Source of the DNA: a virus
DNA length: 12,770 bases
Direction: 5' to 3' (one strand)
Virus genome (UHGV): UHGV-1676273
The position numbers and the translations under genes are program-made. Position 1 is the stretch's first letter, and each line of letters begins with the position of its first letter. The notes beneath the pieces were generated by a model, which saw only the letters and a program-made list of their open reading frames with translations, had not been told where the DNA came from and did not search any database. This document shows, in pieces, positions 1 through 7,712 of this stretch.

Positions 1-245
1 GGATCAAGTTTGAGCAGGATACGGGGCAACTGATCCCGGCAGATGAAGTTGCCAGGGAGTTTTCAGTAATGGCAAAAGCTGTAGTGATGGTGCTGGAAAC
101 CCTCCCTGATGTACTCGAGCGCGATTGTGCGCTTCCACCTGCAGCGGTTTCCCGTGTTCAAAGTGTGATTGACGATTTGCGCGACCAGATGGCCCAGAAG
201 GTCATGGAAGCCGAAGCAGAGGAGGACGAGCCAGAGGAGGACTGA
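1..245 (+). CDS. 3' end of an upstream gene, probably the terminase small subunit (Nu1-like); partial, start lies outside the window
   Basis: Open frame from codon 3-5 to TGA at 243-245, ending in an acidic tail (...EAEAEEDEPEED*). The stop overlaps the large-terminase ATG (ATGA at 243-247), the arrangement seen for lambda Nu1/A. Product identity is inferred from position only. Confidence 0.45.
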   Translation, partial: IKFEQDTGQLIPADEVAREFSVMAKAVVMVLETLPDVLERDCALPPAAVSRVQSVIDDLRDQMAQKVMEAEAEEDEPEED

Positions 246-2347
246 TGGCAAAGCGGGCATCCGCCAGGGGGATCCGTCGGGATGTCTCCGGAATTTTACG
301 CGCGCCACGCCGCATGCTGGTTGCCGACGCGGTGGCCGAGTATATGCGTGTGCCAATGGGCGCCGGTAACTCGGTCCCGTGGGATCCTAATCTGGCCCCT
401 TATGTTATCGAGCCAATGAATTGCCTGGCGTCACGCGAGTATGATGCTGTGGTGTTTGTCGGCCCGGCACGAACGGGTAAGACTATTGGCCTGATTGATG
501 GCTGGATTGTATACAGCATCGTTTGTGACCCGGCTGATATGCTGGTAATCCAGGTCTCCGAAGAGAAAGCGCGCGAACATTCAAAAAAGCGTCTTGATCG
601 CACATTCCGTTGCAGCCCGCAGGTTAAATCAAGACTGAGCCCTCGCCGTAACGATAACAACGTTCACGATCGCACATTCCGTGCAGGTAACTATCTGAAG
701 CTAGGCTGGCCTTCAGTCAATATTATGTCCTCGTCGGACTATAAATTTGTTGCTCTCACCGACTACGACCGCTTCCCGGAGGACATCGACGGGGAGGGGG
801 ACGGATTCTCGCTTGCCTCCAAACGTACCACCACATTTATGTCCGCCGGGATGACTCTGGTGGAGAGCTCGCCGGGACGTGACATCTGCGACAGCAAATG
901 GCGACGTAAGTCGCCTCATGAAGCGCCACCGACGACTGGTATTCTTTCCCTTTACAATCGTGGTGACCGCCGCCGCTGGTACTGGCCATGTCCGCACTGC
1001 GGTGAATATTTTCAGCCAGCCATGGATGCCATGACCGGCTACCGTAATGAACCGGATCCCTTTAAAGCCAGTGAGGCGGCGTATCTACTTTGCCCGCACT
1101 GCAGCGGCATTATCACTGCGGAGAAAAAGCGTGAGCTCAATAGTGCAGGAGTCTGGTTGCGTGAAGGTCAGGTCATTGATCGTAACGGCAACGTTTCCGG
1201 TGAACCGCGCCGCTCCCGTATCGCCAGTTTCTGGATGGAAGGGCCAGCTGCTGCGTATCAGACCTGGGCGCAACTGGTTTACAAATTACTGACTGCAGAA
1301 CAGGAGTATGAAGCGACAGGAAGCGAAGAAACACTCAGGGCGGTTATCAACACCGACTGGGGATTGCCTTATCTTCCTCGTGCCAGCATGGAGCAACGAA
1401 AAAGTGAACTGCTTGAGCAGCGGGCAGAGCCAGTTCCTTCCCGCAGTGTGCCGGATGGCGTTAATTTCCTTGTGGCGACAGTGGATGTGCAGGCGGGACG
1501 TCATCGCCGTTTTGTGGTTCAGGTAACGGGCTATGGCAGCCGTGGCGAACGCTGGATTATTGATCGTTACAACATCACGCAGTCATTGCGCGGTGACAGC
1601 GACGGGGAGAGCCAGCGAATTGATCCGGCCAGCTATCCGGAAGACTGGGATGTCCTGCTGACGGATGTTTTTCATAAAAGCTGGCCGCTGGCCTCCGATC
1701 CTTCTCAACAAATGCGACTGATGGCAATGGCGGTGGACTCCGGCGGTGAAGACGGGGTCACTGATAATGCCTATAAATTCTGGCGTCGTTGCCGTCGTGA
1801 TGGCCTTGGTAAACGTATTTACCTGTTTAAGGGCGACAGCATCCGGCGCGCAAAACTGATCAGCCGTACATTCCCTGATAACACCGGACGAACGGGCCGA
1901 CGGGCGCAGGCCGCAGGTGATGTGCCGCTCTGGCTTCTTCAGACGGATGCCCTGAAAGACCGGGTGAATAACGCGTTATGGCGTGACTCGCCAGGTCCCG
2001 GCTATGTGCATTTCCCTGACTGGCTGGGGAGCTGGTTTTACGACGAACTGACGTATGAAGAGCGGAGCAGTGACGGGAAATGGAGTAAGCCGGGTCGCGG
2101 TGCCAACGAAGCTTTTGACCTGATGGTGTATGCCGAGGCTCTGGTCATTCTGCATGGATACGAAAAGATCCGCTGGCCGGATGCACCGGAGTGGGCGAGC
2201 CGGGAAACCTGGCTGGAGTGTGTCCCGGACAGTACCGAACCGTCACCCTCACCGGAACCGGTATCCACGCCTGTTAAAAAACAAAAACGGAAGAAAACAG
2301 TAACTGACGATGTTAACCCCTGGCTGACTTCCGGAGGATGGTTATGA
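245..2347 (+). CDS. Terminase large subunit, lambda gpA family (700 aa)
   Basis: Walker A-like VGPARTGKT near the N-terminus; paired Cys motifs CPHCGEYF and CPHCSGI arranged as in lambda gpA; VATVDVQ nuclease-region motif. GAGGAGGA lies 5-13 nt upstream of the ATG at 245. First gene of the head module. Confidence 0.9.
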   Translation: MAKRASARGIRRDVSGILRAPRRMLVADAVAEYMRVPMGAGNSVPWDPNLAPYVIEPMNCLASREYDAVVFVGPARTGKTIGLIDGWIVYSIVCDPADMLVIQVSEEKAREHSKKRLDRTFRCSPQVKSRLSPRRNDNNVHDRTFRAGNYLKLGWPSVNIMSSSDYKFVALTDYDRFPEDIDGEGDGFSLASKRTTTFMSAGMTLVESSPGRDICDSKWRRKSPHEAPPTTGILSLYNRGDRRRWYWPCPHCGEYFQPAMDAMTGYRNEPDPFKASEAAYLLCPHCSGIITAEKKRELNSAGVWLREGQVIDRNGNVSGEPRRSRIASFWMEGPAAAYQTWAQLVYKLLTAEQEYEATGSEETLRAVINTDWGLPYLPRASMEQRKSELLEQRAEPVPSRSVPDGVNFLVATVDVQAGRHRRFVVQVTGYGSRGERWIIDRYNITQSLRGDSDGESQRIDPASYPEDWDVLLTDVFHKSWPLASDPSQQMRLMAMAVDSGGEDGVTDNAYKFWRRCRRDGLGKRIYLFKGDSIRRAKLISRTFPDNTGRTGRRAQAAGDVPLWLLQTDALKDRVNNALWRDSPGPGYVHFPDWLGSWFYDELTYEERSSDGKWSKPGRGANEAFDLMVYAEALVILHGYEKIRWPDAPEWASRETWLECVPDSTEPSPSPEPVSTPVKKQKRKKTVTDDVNPWLTSGGWL

Positions 2348-2556
2348 ATCAGAATGATATTGAAGCCATGATTCAGCGTTATACGGAAGCTGAAATGGCG
2401 GTGCTGGACGGAAAATCCGTCACCTTTAATGGTCAGCAGATGACCATGGAAAACTTATCTGAGATCCGGCAGGGACGGCAGGAGTGGGAGCGCCGCCTTG
2501 CGGCTCTGATTACACGACGACGGGGGCATCCCGGGTACCGGCTGGCGAGGTTCTGA
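2344..2556 (+). CDS. Head completion / head-tail joining protein, gpW-like (70 aa)
   Basis: About 70 aa with C-terminal ...ITRRRGHPGYRLARF, resembling the lambda gpW C-terminus (...RRRGPAGFYV). Sits between terminase and portal as in lambda. Start chosen at ATG 2344 (GGAGG at 2333-2337, 6-nt spacer) rather than ATG 2338; it overlaps the terminase stop (ATGA). Confidence 0.75.
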   Translation: MNQNDIEAMIQRYTEAEMAVLDGKSVTFNGQQMTMENLSEIRQGRQEWERRLAALITRRRGHPGYRLARF

Positions 2557-4064
2557 TGGCAATTCTTGATGATGTGATTGGCGTTTTTTCACCAGGATGG
2601 AAAGCGGCAAGGCTGCGTTCCCGTGCGGTGATCCAGGCTTATGAGGCCGTAAAAACGACGCGGACACACAAAGCCCGGCGGGAAAACCGAACTGCCGACC
2701 AGTTAAGCCAGTACGGGGCCGTGTCGTTACGTGAGCAGGCCCGTTACCTTGATAACAACCACGATCTGGTTATTGGTGTATTTGACAAGCTGGAAGAACG
2801 GGTGGTGGGGAAAAACGGGATTATTGTCGAGCCACATCCGGTATTACGCAATGGGGCCATTGCCCGTGATCTGGCAGCGGAGATACGCACCCGATGGAGT
2901 GAATGGTCTGTCAGTCCGGAAGTCACCGGGCAGTTTACCCGTCCGATGCTGGAACGTCTGATGCTGCGTACCTGGCTGCGCGATGGTGAGGTGTTTGCCC
3001 AGATGGTTTCCGGGCGCATAAACAGCCTGACGCCTTCTGCCGGTGTTCATTTCTGGCTGGAGGCGCTCGAGCCGGACTTTATTCCCATGACCAGTGATGA
3101 GAGCAACAGGCTGAATCAGGGCGTGTTTGTTGATGACTGGGGGCGTCCCGAAAAATATCTGGTGTATAAAAGCCGTCCCGTATCCGGGCGGCAGATGGAA
3201 ACCAAAGAAGTGGATGCAGAGCGAATGCTGCATCTTAAATTTGTTCGCCGTCTGCACCAGATGCGCGGGACGTCTTTGTTGTCCGGTGTGCTGATCCGCC
3301 TCAGTGCCCTGAAAGAGTATGAAGATTCTGAGCTGACTGCAGCAAGGATCGCCGCTGCTCTGGGGATGTACATCCGGAAAGGCGACGGGCAGAGCTATGA
3401 ACCGGATGGTAATGGCAGCAAGGAGAATGAACGCGAGCTTACCATTCAGCCAGGCATTATTTACGACGATCTGAAACCCGGCGAAGAAATCGGAATGGTG
3501 AAGTCGGATCGTCCCAATCCTAACCTTGAAACTTTTCGTAATGGTCAGTTGCGTGCCGTGGCGGCGGGCAGTCGTCTGAGTTTTTCCAGTACAGCGCGCA
3601 ACTATAACGGCACTTACAGCGCCCAGCGTCAGGAGCTGGTTGAATCCACTGATGGCTACCTGATCCTGCAGGACTGGTTTATTGGTGCCGTCACCCGCCC
3701 GATGTATCGTGCCTGGCTGAAACAGGCTGTGGCATCCGGTGTTATCAGGCTACCCCGCGATCTTGACCGTTCTTCACTGTATACCGCGGTGTATTCCGGA
3801 CCGGTGATGCCGTGGATTGACCCTGTTAAGGAGGCTGAGGCCTGGAAAATCCAGATTCGTGGTGGAGCGGCGACAGAATCAGACTGGGTACGTGCAGGTG
3901 GTCGTAATCCGGATGATGTCAAACGTCGGCGCAAGGCCGAAATTGATGAAAACCGCAAGCTGGATCTGGTATTTGATACCGATCCGGCCAGTGATAAAGG
4001 AGGCAGCAGTGCCGCAACGAAACGACAGGAGCCGCAGCACACCGACGACCAGTCCGAAGAATAA
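2556..4064 (+). CDS. Portal protein (502 aa)
   Basis: About 500 aa ORF directly after the gpW-like gene, with start overlapping its stop (TGATG at 2554-2558) and GAGG 5 nt upstream. Size and position match lambda gpB; acidic C-terminus. The track start at 2484 is an upstream extension overlapping gpW and is rejected. Confidence 0.8.
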   Translation: MAILDDVIGVFSPGWKAARLRSRAVIQAYEAVKTTRTHKARRENRTADQLSQYGAVSLREQARYLDNNHDLVIGVFDKLEERVVGKNGIIVEPHPVLRNGAIARDLAAEIRTRWSEWSVSPEVTGQFTRPMLERLMLRTWLRDGEVFAQMVSGRINSLTPSAGVHFWLEALEPDFIPMTSDESNRLNQGVFVDDWGRPEKYLVYKSRPVSGRQMETKEVDAERMLHLKFVRRLHQMRGTSLLSGVLIRLSALKEYEDSELTAARIAAALGMYIRKGDGQSYEPDGNGSKENERELTIQPGIIYDDLKPGEEIGMVKSDRPNPNLETFRNGQLRAVAAGSRLSFSSTARNYNGTYSAQRQELVESTDGYLILQDWFIGAVTRPMYRAWLKQAVASGVIRLPRDLDRSSLYTAVYSGPVMPWIDPVKEAEAWKIQIRGGAATESDWVRAGGRNPDDVKRRRKAEIDENRKLDLVFDTDPASDKGGSSAATKRQEPQHTDDQSEE

Positions 4065-4077
4065 TTCCTGGTTCAGG

Positions 4078-6036
4078 ATGCAGGCTGGTCACCAGAGTGA
4101 CGCGGATATTTATATTTATGACGAGATTGGTTTCTGGGGTGTTACAGCGAAGCAGTTTATCAGTGATCTGAATGCACTGGGCGATATCACCCACATTAAT
4201 CTCCATATTAATTCACCGGGTGGCGATGTCTTTGAAGGCATCGCCATTTTTAATGCGCTGAAAACACATGGTGCGTCCATTACCGTTTATGTCGACGGTG
4301 TGGCGGCGTCAATGGCGTCGGTCATTGCGATGGTGGGAAACCCGGTCATTATGCCGGAAAACACCTTCATGATGATTCATAAACCATTTGGCTTTACGGG
4401 CGGTGATGCGGAGGACATGCGCACCTATGCCGACCTGCTCGATAAGGTTGAGGCGGTTCTGTTACCCGCTTATGCACAGAAAACCGGGAAAACCACCGAT
4501 GAAATTGCTGCCATGCTGGCGGATGAGACCTGGATGTCCGGTGCCGAATGTCTGGCACATGGATTTGCTGATCAGGTAACGCCAGCCGTTAAGGCAATGG
4601 CATGTATTCAGTCAAAACGTACAGAGGAATTTAAAAAGATGCCGGAATCCATTCGAAACATGATTACTCCGCCACGCAACAGTGCTCCACGCGTACAGGA
4701 TGATGAACCTGCAGCCTCCCGGACGCCAGTGCAGGCAGCAGCACCCGTGGTGGATGAAAACAGTATCCGTGCGCAGGTACTGGCAGAGCAAAAAGCGCGT
4801 GTAAACGGTATTAATGATCTGTTTGCCATGTTTGGCGGGCGTTATCAGACGCTGCAGGCTCAGTGTCTTGCCGATCCTGAATGTTCGCTGGAGCAGGCCC
4901 GCGAAAAGCTGTTGAACGAGATGGGGCGCGAGTCCACGCCATCCAATAAAAATACCCCGGCTCATATTTATGCCGGTAACGGTAATTTTGTGGGGGACGG
5001 GATCCGCCAGGCGCTGATGGCGCGTGCCGGATTTGAAAAAACCGAACGTGATAATGTCTACAACGGGATGACCCTGCGTGAATATGCCCGTATGTCACTG
5101 ACTGAACGGGGTATTGGGGTTTCCGGTTATAACCCGATGCAGATGGTCGGTGCGGCGTTCACACACAGTACGTCTGACTTCGGTAATATTCTGCTGGATG
5201 TTGCGAACAAAGCCATTCTGCAGGGCTGGGAAGATGCCCCTGAAACCTATGAACAGTGGACGCGGAAAGGTCAGTTGTCTGATTTTAAAATTGCCCATCG
5301 TGTGGGTATGGGGGGCTTCAGTGCTCTGCGTCAGGTGCGTGAAGGGGCGGAATATAAATACGTCACCACCGGAGATAAACAGGCCACTATTGCACTGGCG
5401 ACCTATGGCGAGCTGTTCAGTATCACCCGTCAGGCCATTATCAATGATGATCTGAATATGCTGACCGATGTCCCGATGAAGCTGGGCCGTGCGGCGAAAT
5501 CCACTATTGCCGATCTGGTTTATGCCATTCTGACGTCTAACCCGAAAATCTCCACAGATAATGTAAGTCTGTTCGATAAAGCGAAACATGCAAACGTACT
5601 GGAGAGCGCTGCAATGGACGTGGCATCGCTGGATAAAGCCCGCCAGTTGATGCGCGTTCAGAAAGAGGGGGAGCGTCATCTGAATATTCGTCCTGCGTTC
5701 GTACTGGTACCGACGGCGATGGAGTCTGTTGCTAACCAGGTCATTCGCTCCTCAAGTGTCAAGGGGGCTGACATTAACGCCGGTATTATTAACCCGGTGA
5801 AAGATTTTGCGACCGTTATTGCAGAGCCTCGTCTTGATGATAACAGCCAGACCACCTTCTACCTGGCTGCGTCAAAAGGCTCCGATACGATTGAAGTGGC
5901 TTATCTCAACGGTGTGGATACGCCATATATTGATCAGATGGAGGGCTTCAGTGTGGATGGCGTGACAACGAAAGTGCGTATTGACGCCGGTGTCGCGCCA
6001 GTTGATCACCGCGGTCTGGTGAAATGTACGGCGTAA
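4078..6036 (+). CDS. Fusion protein: N-terminal ClpP-like (S14) prohead protease domain, linker/scaffold-like segment, C-terminal major capsid domain (652 aa from ATG 4078)
   Basis: N-terminal ~180 aa carry ClpP-type catalytic motifs GVAASMASVIA (Ser) and FMMIHKPFG (His). A Pro/Ala/Gln-rich low-complexity linker follows. The C-terminal ~330 aa (YAGNGNF...PVDHRGLVKCTA) is major-capsid-like by size and position. Start chosen at the first ATG after the portal stop; the SD is weak, and the track start at 3817 would overlap the portal by 250 nt. Confidence 0.85.
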   Translation: MQAGHQSDADIYIYDEIGFWGVTAKQFISDLNALGDITHINLHINSPGGDVFEGIAIFNALKTHGASITVYVDGVAASMASVIAMVGNPVIMPENTFMMIHKPFGFTGGDAEDMRTYADLLDKVEAVLLPAYAQKTGKTTDEIAAMLADETWMSGAECLAHGFADQVTPAVKAMACIQSKRTEEFKKMPESIRNMITPPRNSAPRVQDDEPAASRTPVQAAAPVVDENSIRAQVLAEQKARVNGINDLFAMFGGRYQTLQAQCLADPECSLEQAREKLLNEMGRESTPSNKNTPAHIYAGNGNFVGDGIRQALMARAGFEKTERDNVYNGMTLREYARMSLTERGIGVSGYNPMQMVGAAFTHSTSDFGNILLDVANKAILQGWEDAPETYEQWTRKGQLSDFKIAHRVGMGGFSALRQVREGAEYKYVTTGDKQATIALATYGELFSITRQAIINDDLNMLTDVPMKLGRAAKSTIADLVYAILTSNPKISTDNVSLFDKAKHANVLESAAMDVASLDKARQLMRVQKEGERHLNIRPAFVLVPTAMESVANQVIRSSSVKGADINAGIINPVKDFATVIAEPRLDDNSQTTFYLAASKGSDTIEVAYLNGVDTPYIDQMEGFSVDGVTTKVRIDAGVAPVDHRGLVKCTA

Positions 6037-6060
6037 ACGTCGCAGACAACAACTCTGATG

Positions 6061-6079
6061 GCCCGTAAGGGCTTTTTTT
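6061..6079. terminator. Putative rho-independent terminator/attenuator downstream of the capsid gene
   Basis: GCCC-GTAA-GGGC hairpin (4-bp stem, GNRA-type loop) at 6061-6072 followed by TTTTTTT at 6073-6079, starting 25 nt after the capsid stop codon. Confidence 0.5.
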
Positions 6080-6122
6080 GTACCTGAAATCAGCCCCTGA
6101 ACGGGGCTGTGCGGAGACAGTT

Positions 6123-6446
6123 ATGGCAAAGAATTTTGTAGAAGAAGGAAAAACGGTGGCGATTGTTGCCAGTGCAGCCATCAGCAGCGGAGATCTGGTG
6201 CAGGTGGGTGATGTTTTTGCGGTAGCGCTGACCGATATTCCACAGGGTGAAACAGGCGACGGCCTGACCGAAGGTGTGTTTATGCTGCCTAAGCTGAAAA
6301 CGGATGACATGAAAACGGGTAAGAAGGTTTATCTGAAGTCCGGAAAAGTTCAGTTGACTAACAGCGGCTCTGATCCGCTGGTCGGGGTTGTCTGGGCAGA
6401 TGCCGGAACCAGTGCAGAAGAAGTGCCGGTAAAACTCAATGTCTGA
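6123..6446 (+). CDS. Small head-associated protein of unknown function (107 aa), possibly a head decoration protein
   Basis: GGAG at 6113-6116 with 6-nt spacer to ATG 6123. Gly/Val-rich, likely beta-rich protein (MAKNFVEEGKTVAIV...GVFMLPKLK...). Occupies the slot between the capsid gene and the FII-like gene. The DUF2190-like assignment is from memory and unverified. Confidence 0.6.
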   Translation: MAKNFVEEGKTVAIVASAAISSGDLVQVGDVFAVALTDIPQGETGDGLTEGVFMLPKLKTDDMKTGKKVYLKSGKVQLTNSGSDPLVGVVWADAGTSAEEVPVKLNV

Positions 6447-6714
6447 TCCCTTTTCCCGGCTGGCAGCGCGTATGGATGCGATCACGGTCAGAAAGATGGG
6501 AAAGACAGCCTCGATTAATGATGTCGATATGACTGTGATCCCGGGAGAAACACTGGCAGAGCTGAATGCTCTGTCCGGACCTGCGGTCTCTCTGGTGGTG
6601 TTTTCTTCGGGATACCGCCCACGGCGCGGGGATCGCGTTGTTTATGACGGACAACAATGGACGGTCACACGGCATGAACGTTTTAACGGTAAGCCAATGA
6701 TCTTTATTGAGTAA
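6439..6714 (+). CDS. Head-tail joining protein, gpFII-like (91 aa)
   Basis: N-terminus MSDPFSRLAARMDAI resembles lambda gpFII (MADFDNLFDAAIARADE); C-terminal RRGDRVVYDGQQWTV matches the RRGDTLTIGEENFWV region of FII. Start overlaps the preceding gene by 8 nt. Located immediately before Z. Confidence 0.75.
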   Translation: MSDPFSRLAARMDAITVRKMGKTASINDVDMTVIPGETLAELNALSGPAVSLVVFSSGYRPRRGDRVVYDGQQWTVTRHERFNGKPMIFIE

Positions 6715-6725
6715 AGAGGTGTGGG

Positions 6726-7304
6726 ATGAAGGGGCTTGAGAATGCCATCCGCAATCTGAACAGCCTTGATACCCGTATGGTGCCACAGGCCAGCGCATGG
6801 GCGATAAACCGTGTGGCACAGAAAGCGGTCTCGGTTGCCACCCGGCAGGTTGCCGGGAATACCGTTGCGGGAGATAACCAGGTGAAAGGGATCCCCCTGA
6901 AACTGGTACGTCAGCGTGTCCGGGTGTTTAAAGCCAGTCCGTCAGGAAAAATGACGGCCAGGATCCGCGTTAACCGGGGCAATCTGCCCGCCATTAAGCT
7001 GGGGACAGCCCGGGTCAGACTGGCCCGGCGTGGTGGAAAACTGCAGTACCGTGGCAGTGTGCTGAAGGTGGGTAAATATCTTTTCCGGGATGCGTTTATT
7101 CAGCAACTGGCGAATGGTCGCTGGCATGTGATGCGGCGTATTGATGGCAAAAATCGTTACCCCATTGATGTGGTGAAAATCCCGCTGTCCGGACCGCTGA
7201 CACAGGCATTTGAAGATGCCCGCGACCGCATCATTGCTGCGGAAATGCCGAAACAGCTGGGGTATGCACTGAAACAACAACTGAGGTTATGGCTGACCCG
7301 ATGA
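6726..7304 (+). CDS. Z: Minor tail protein Z (192 aa)
   Basis: 192 aa, the same length as lambda gpZ, in the same position between FII and U. AGAGGTG SD upstream of ATG 6726. Confidence 0.85.
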   Translation: MKGLENAIRNLNSLDTRMVPQASAWAINRVAQKAVSVATRQVAGNTVAGDNQVKGIPLKLVRQRVRVFKASPSGKMTARIRVNRGNLPAIKLGTARVRLARRGGKLQYRGSVLKVGKYLFRDAFIQQLANGRWHVMRRIDGKNRYPIDVVKIPLSGPLTQAFEDARDRIIAAEMPKQLGYALKQQLRLWLTR

Positions 7305-7702
7305 ACCGACATACACAAATCCGCCAGGCCGTACTGGCACGCCTTCGGGAACAGTGTGGAGACAGCGCCACGTTTTTTGACGGGCTTCCGGCATTTGTTG
7401 ATGCGCAGGAACTGCCTGCCGTGGCGGTGTGGCTGAGTGATGCTCAGTACACCGGAAAAATGACGGATGAAGATGACTGGCAGGCTGTTCTGCATATTGC
7501 TGTCTTCATCCGGGCACAGGCACCGGATTCAGAGCTGGATATGTGGATGGAGAGCACCATTTTCCCGGCCCTGAATGATATACCGGCACTTTCCGGACTC
7601 ATCGACACCCTGATCCCTCTCGGTTTTAACTATCAACGTGATAATGAGATGGCCACCTGGGCGATGGCGGAAATCACGTACCAGATCACGTACACGAATT
7701 AA
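7301..7702 (+). CDS. U: Tail terminator protein U (133 aa)
   Basis: Strong similarity to recalled lambda gpU (ATFFDG, PAVAVWL, SELDMWMES, DIPALSGLI, ITYQITY motifs). Start chosen at ATG 7301 overlapping the Z stop (ATGA); ATG 7289 is an alternative. Confidence 0.9.
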   Translation: MNRHTQIRQAVLARLREQCGDSATFFDGLPAFVDAQELPAVAVWLSDAQYTGKMTDEDDWQAVLHIAVFIRAQAPDSELDMWMESTIFPALNDIPALSGLIDTLIPLGFNYQRDNEMATWAMAEITYQITYTN

Positions 7703-7712
7703 GGAGGTGGTA

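Noticed and set aside
63-356. 97-aa minus-strand ORF spanning the small/large terminase junction
   Set aside because: Antisense to two well-supported + strand genes; no recognisable motifs or SD; probably a chance ORF in GC-rich coding sequence.
2484-2555. Upstream extension of the portal ORF in the track
   Set aside because: It overlaps the gpW-like gene in another frame; ATG 2556 with GAGG 5 nt upstream and stop/start overlap with gpW is the better start.
3817-4077. Upstream extension of the protease-capsid ORF in the track (739 aa version)
   Set aside because: It would overlap the portal gene by about 250 nt and appears to begin at a non-ATG codon; the first ATG after the portal stop (4078) gives a sensible N-terminus for a ClpP-like domain.
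5114-5455. 113-aa + strand ORF in an alternative frame within the capsid gene
   Set aside because: Cys/Arg/Trp-rich junk-like translation with no SD; overlaps the well-supported capsid frame.
5095-5679. 194-aa minus-strand ORF inside the capsid domain
   Set aside because: Entirely antisense to the capsid region; translation is low-complexity and Arg/Gly/Phe-rich with no domain signature. Long antisense ORFs are common opposite GC-rich genes.
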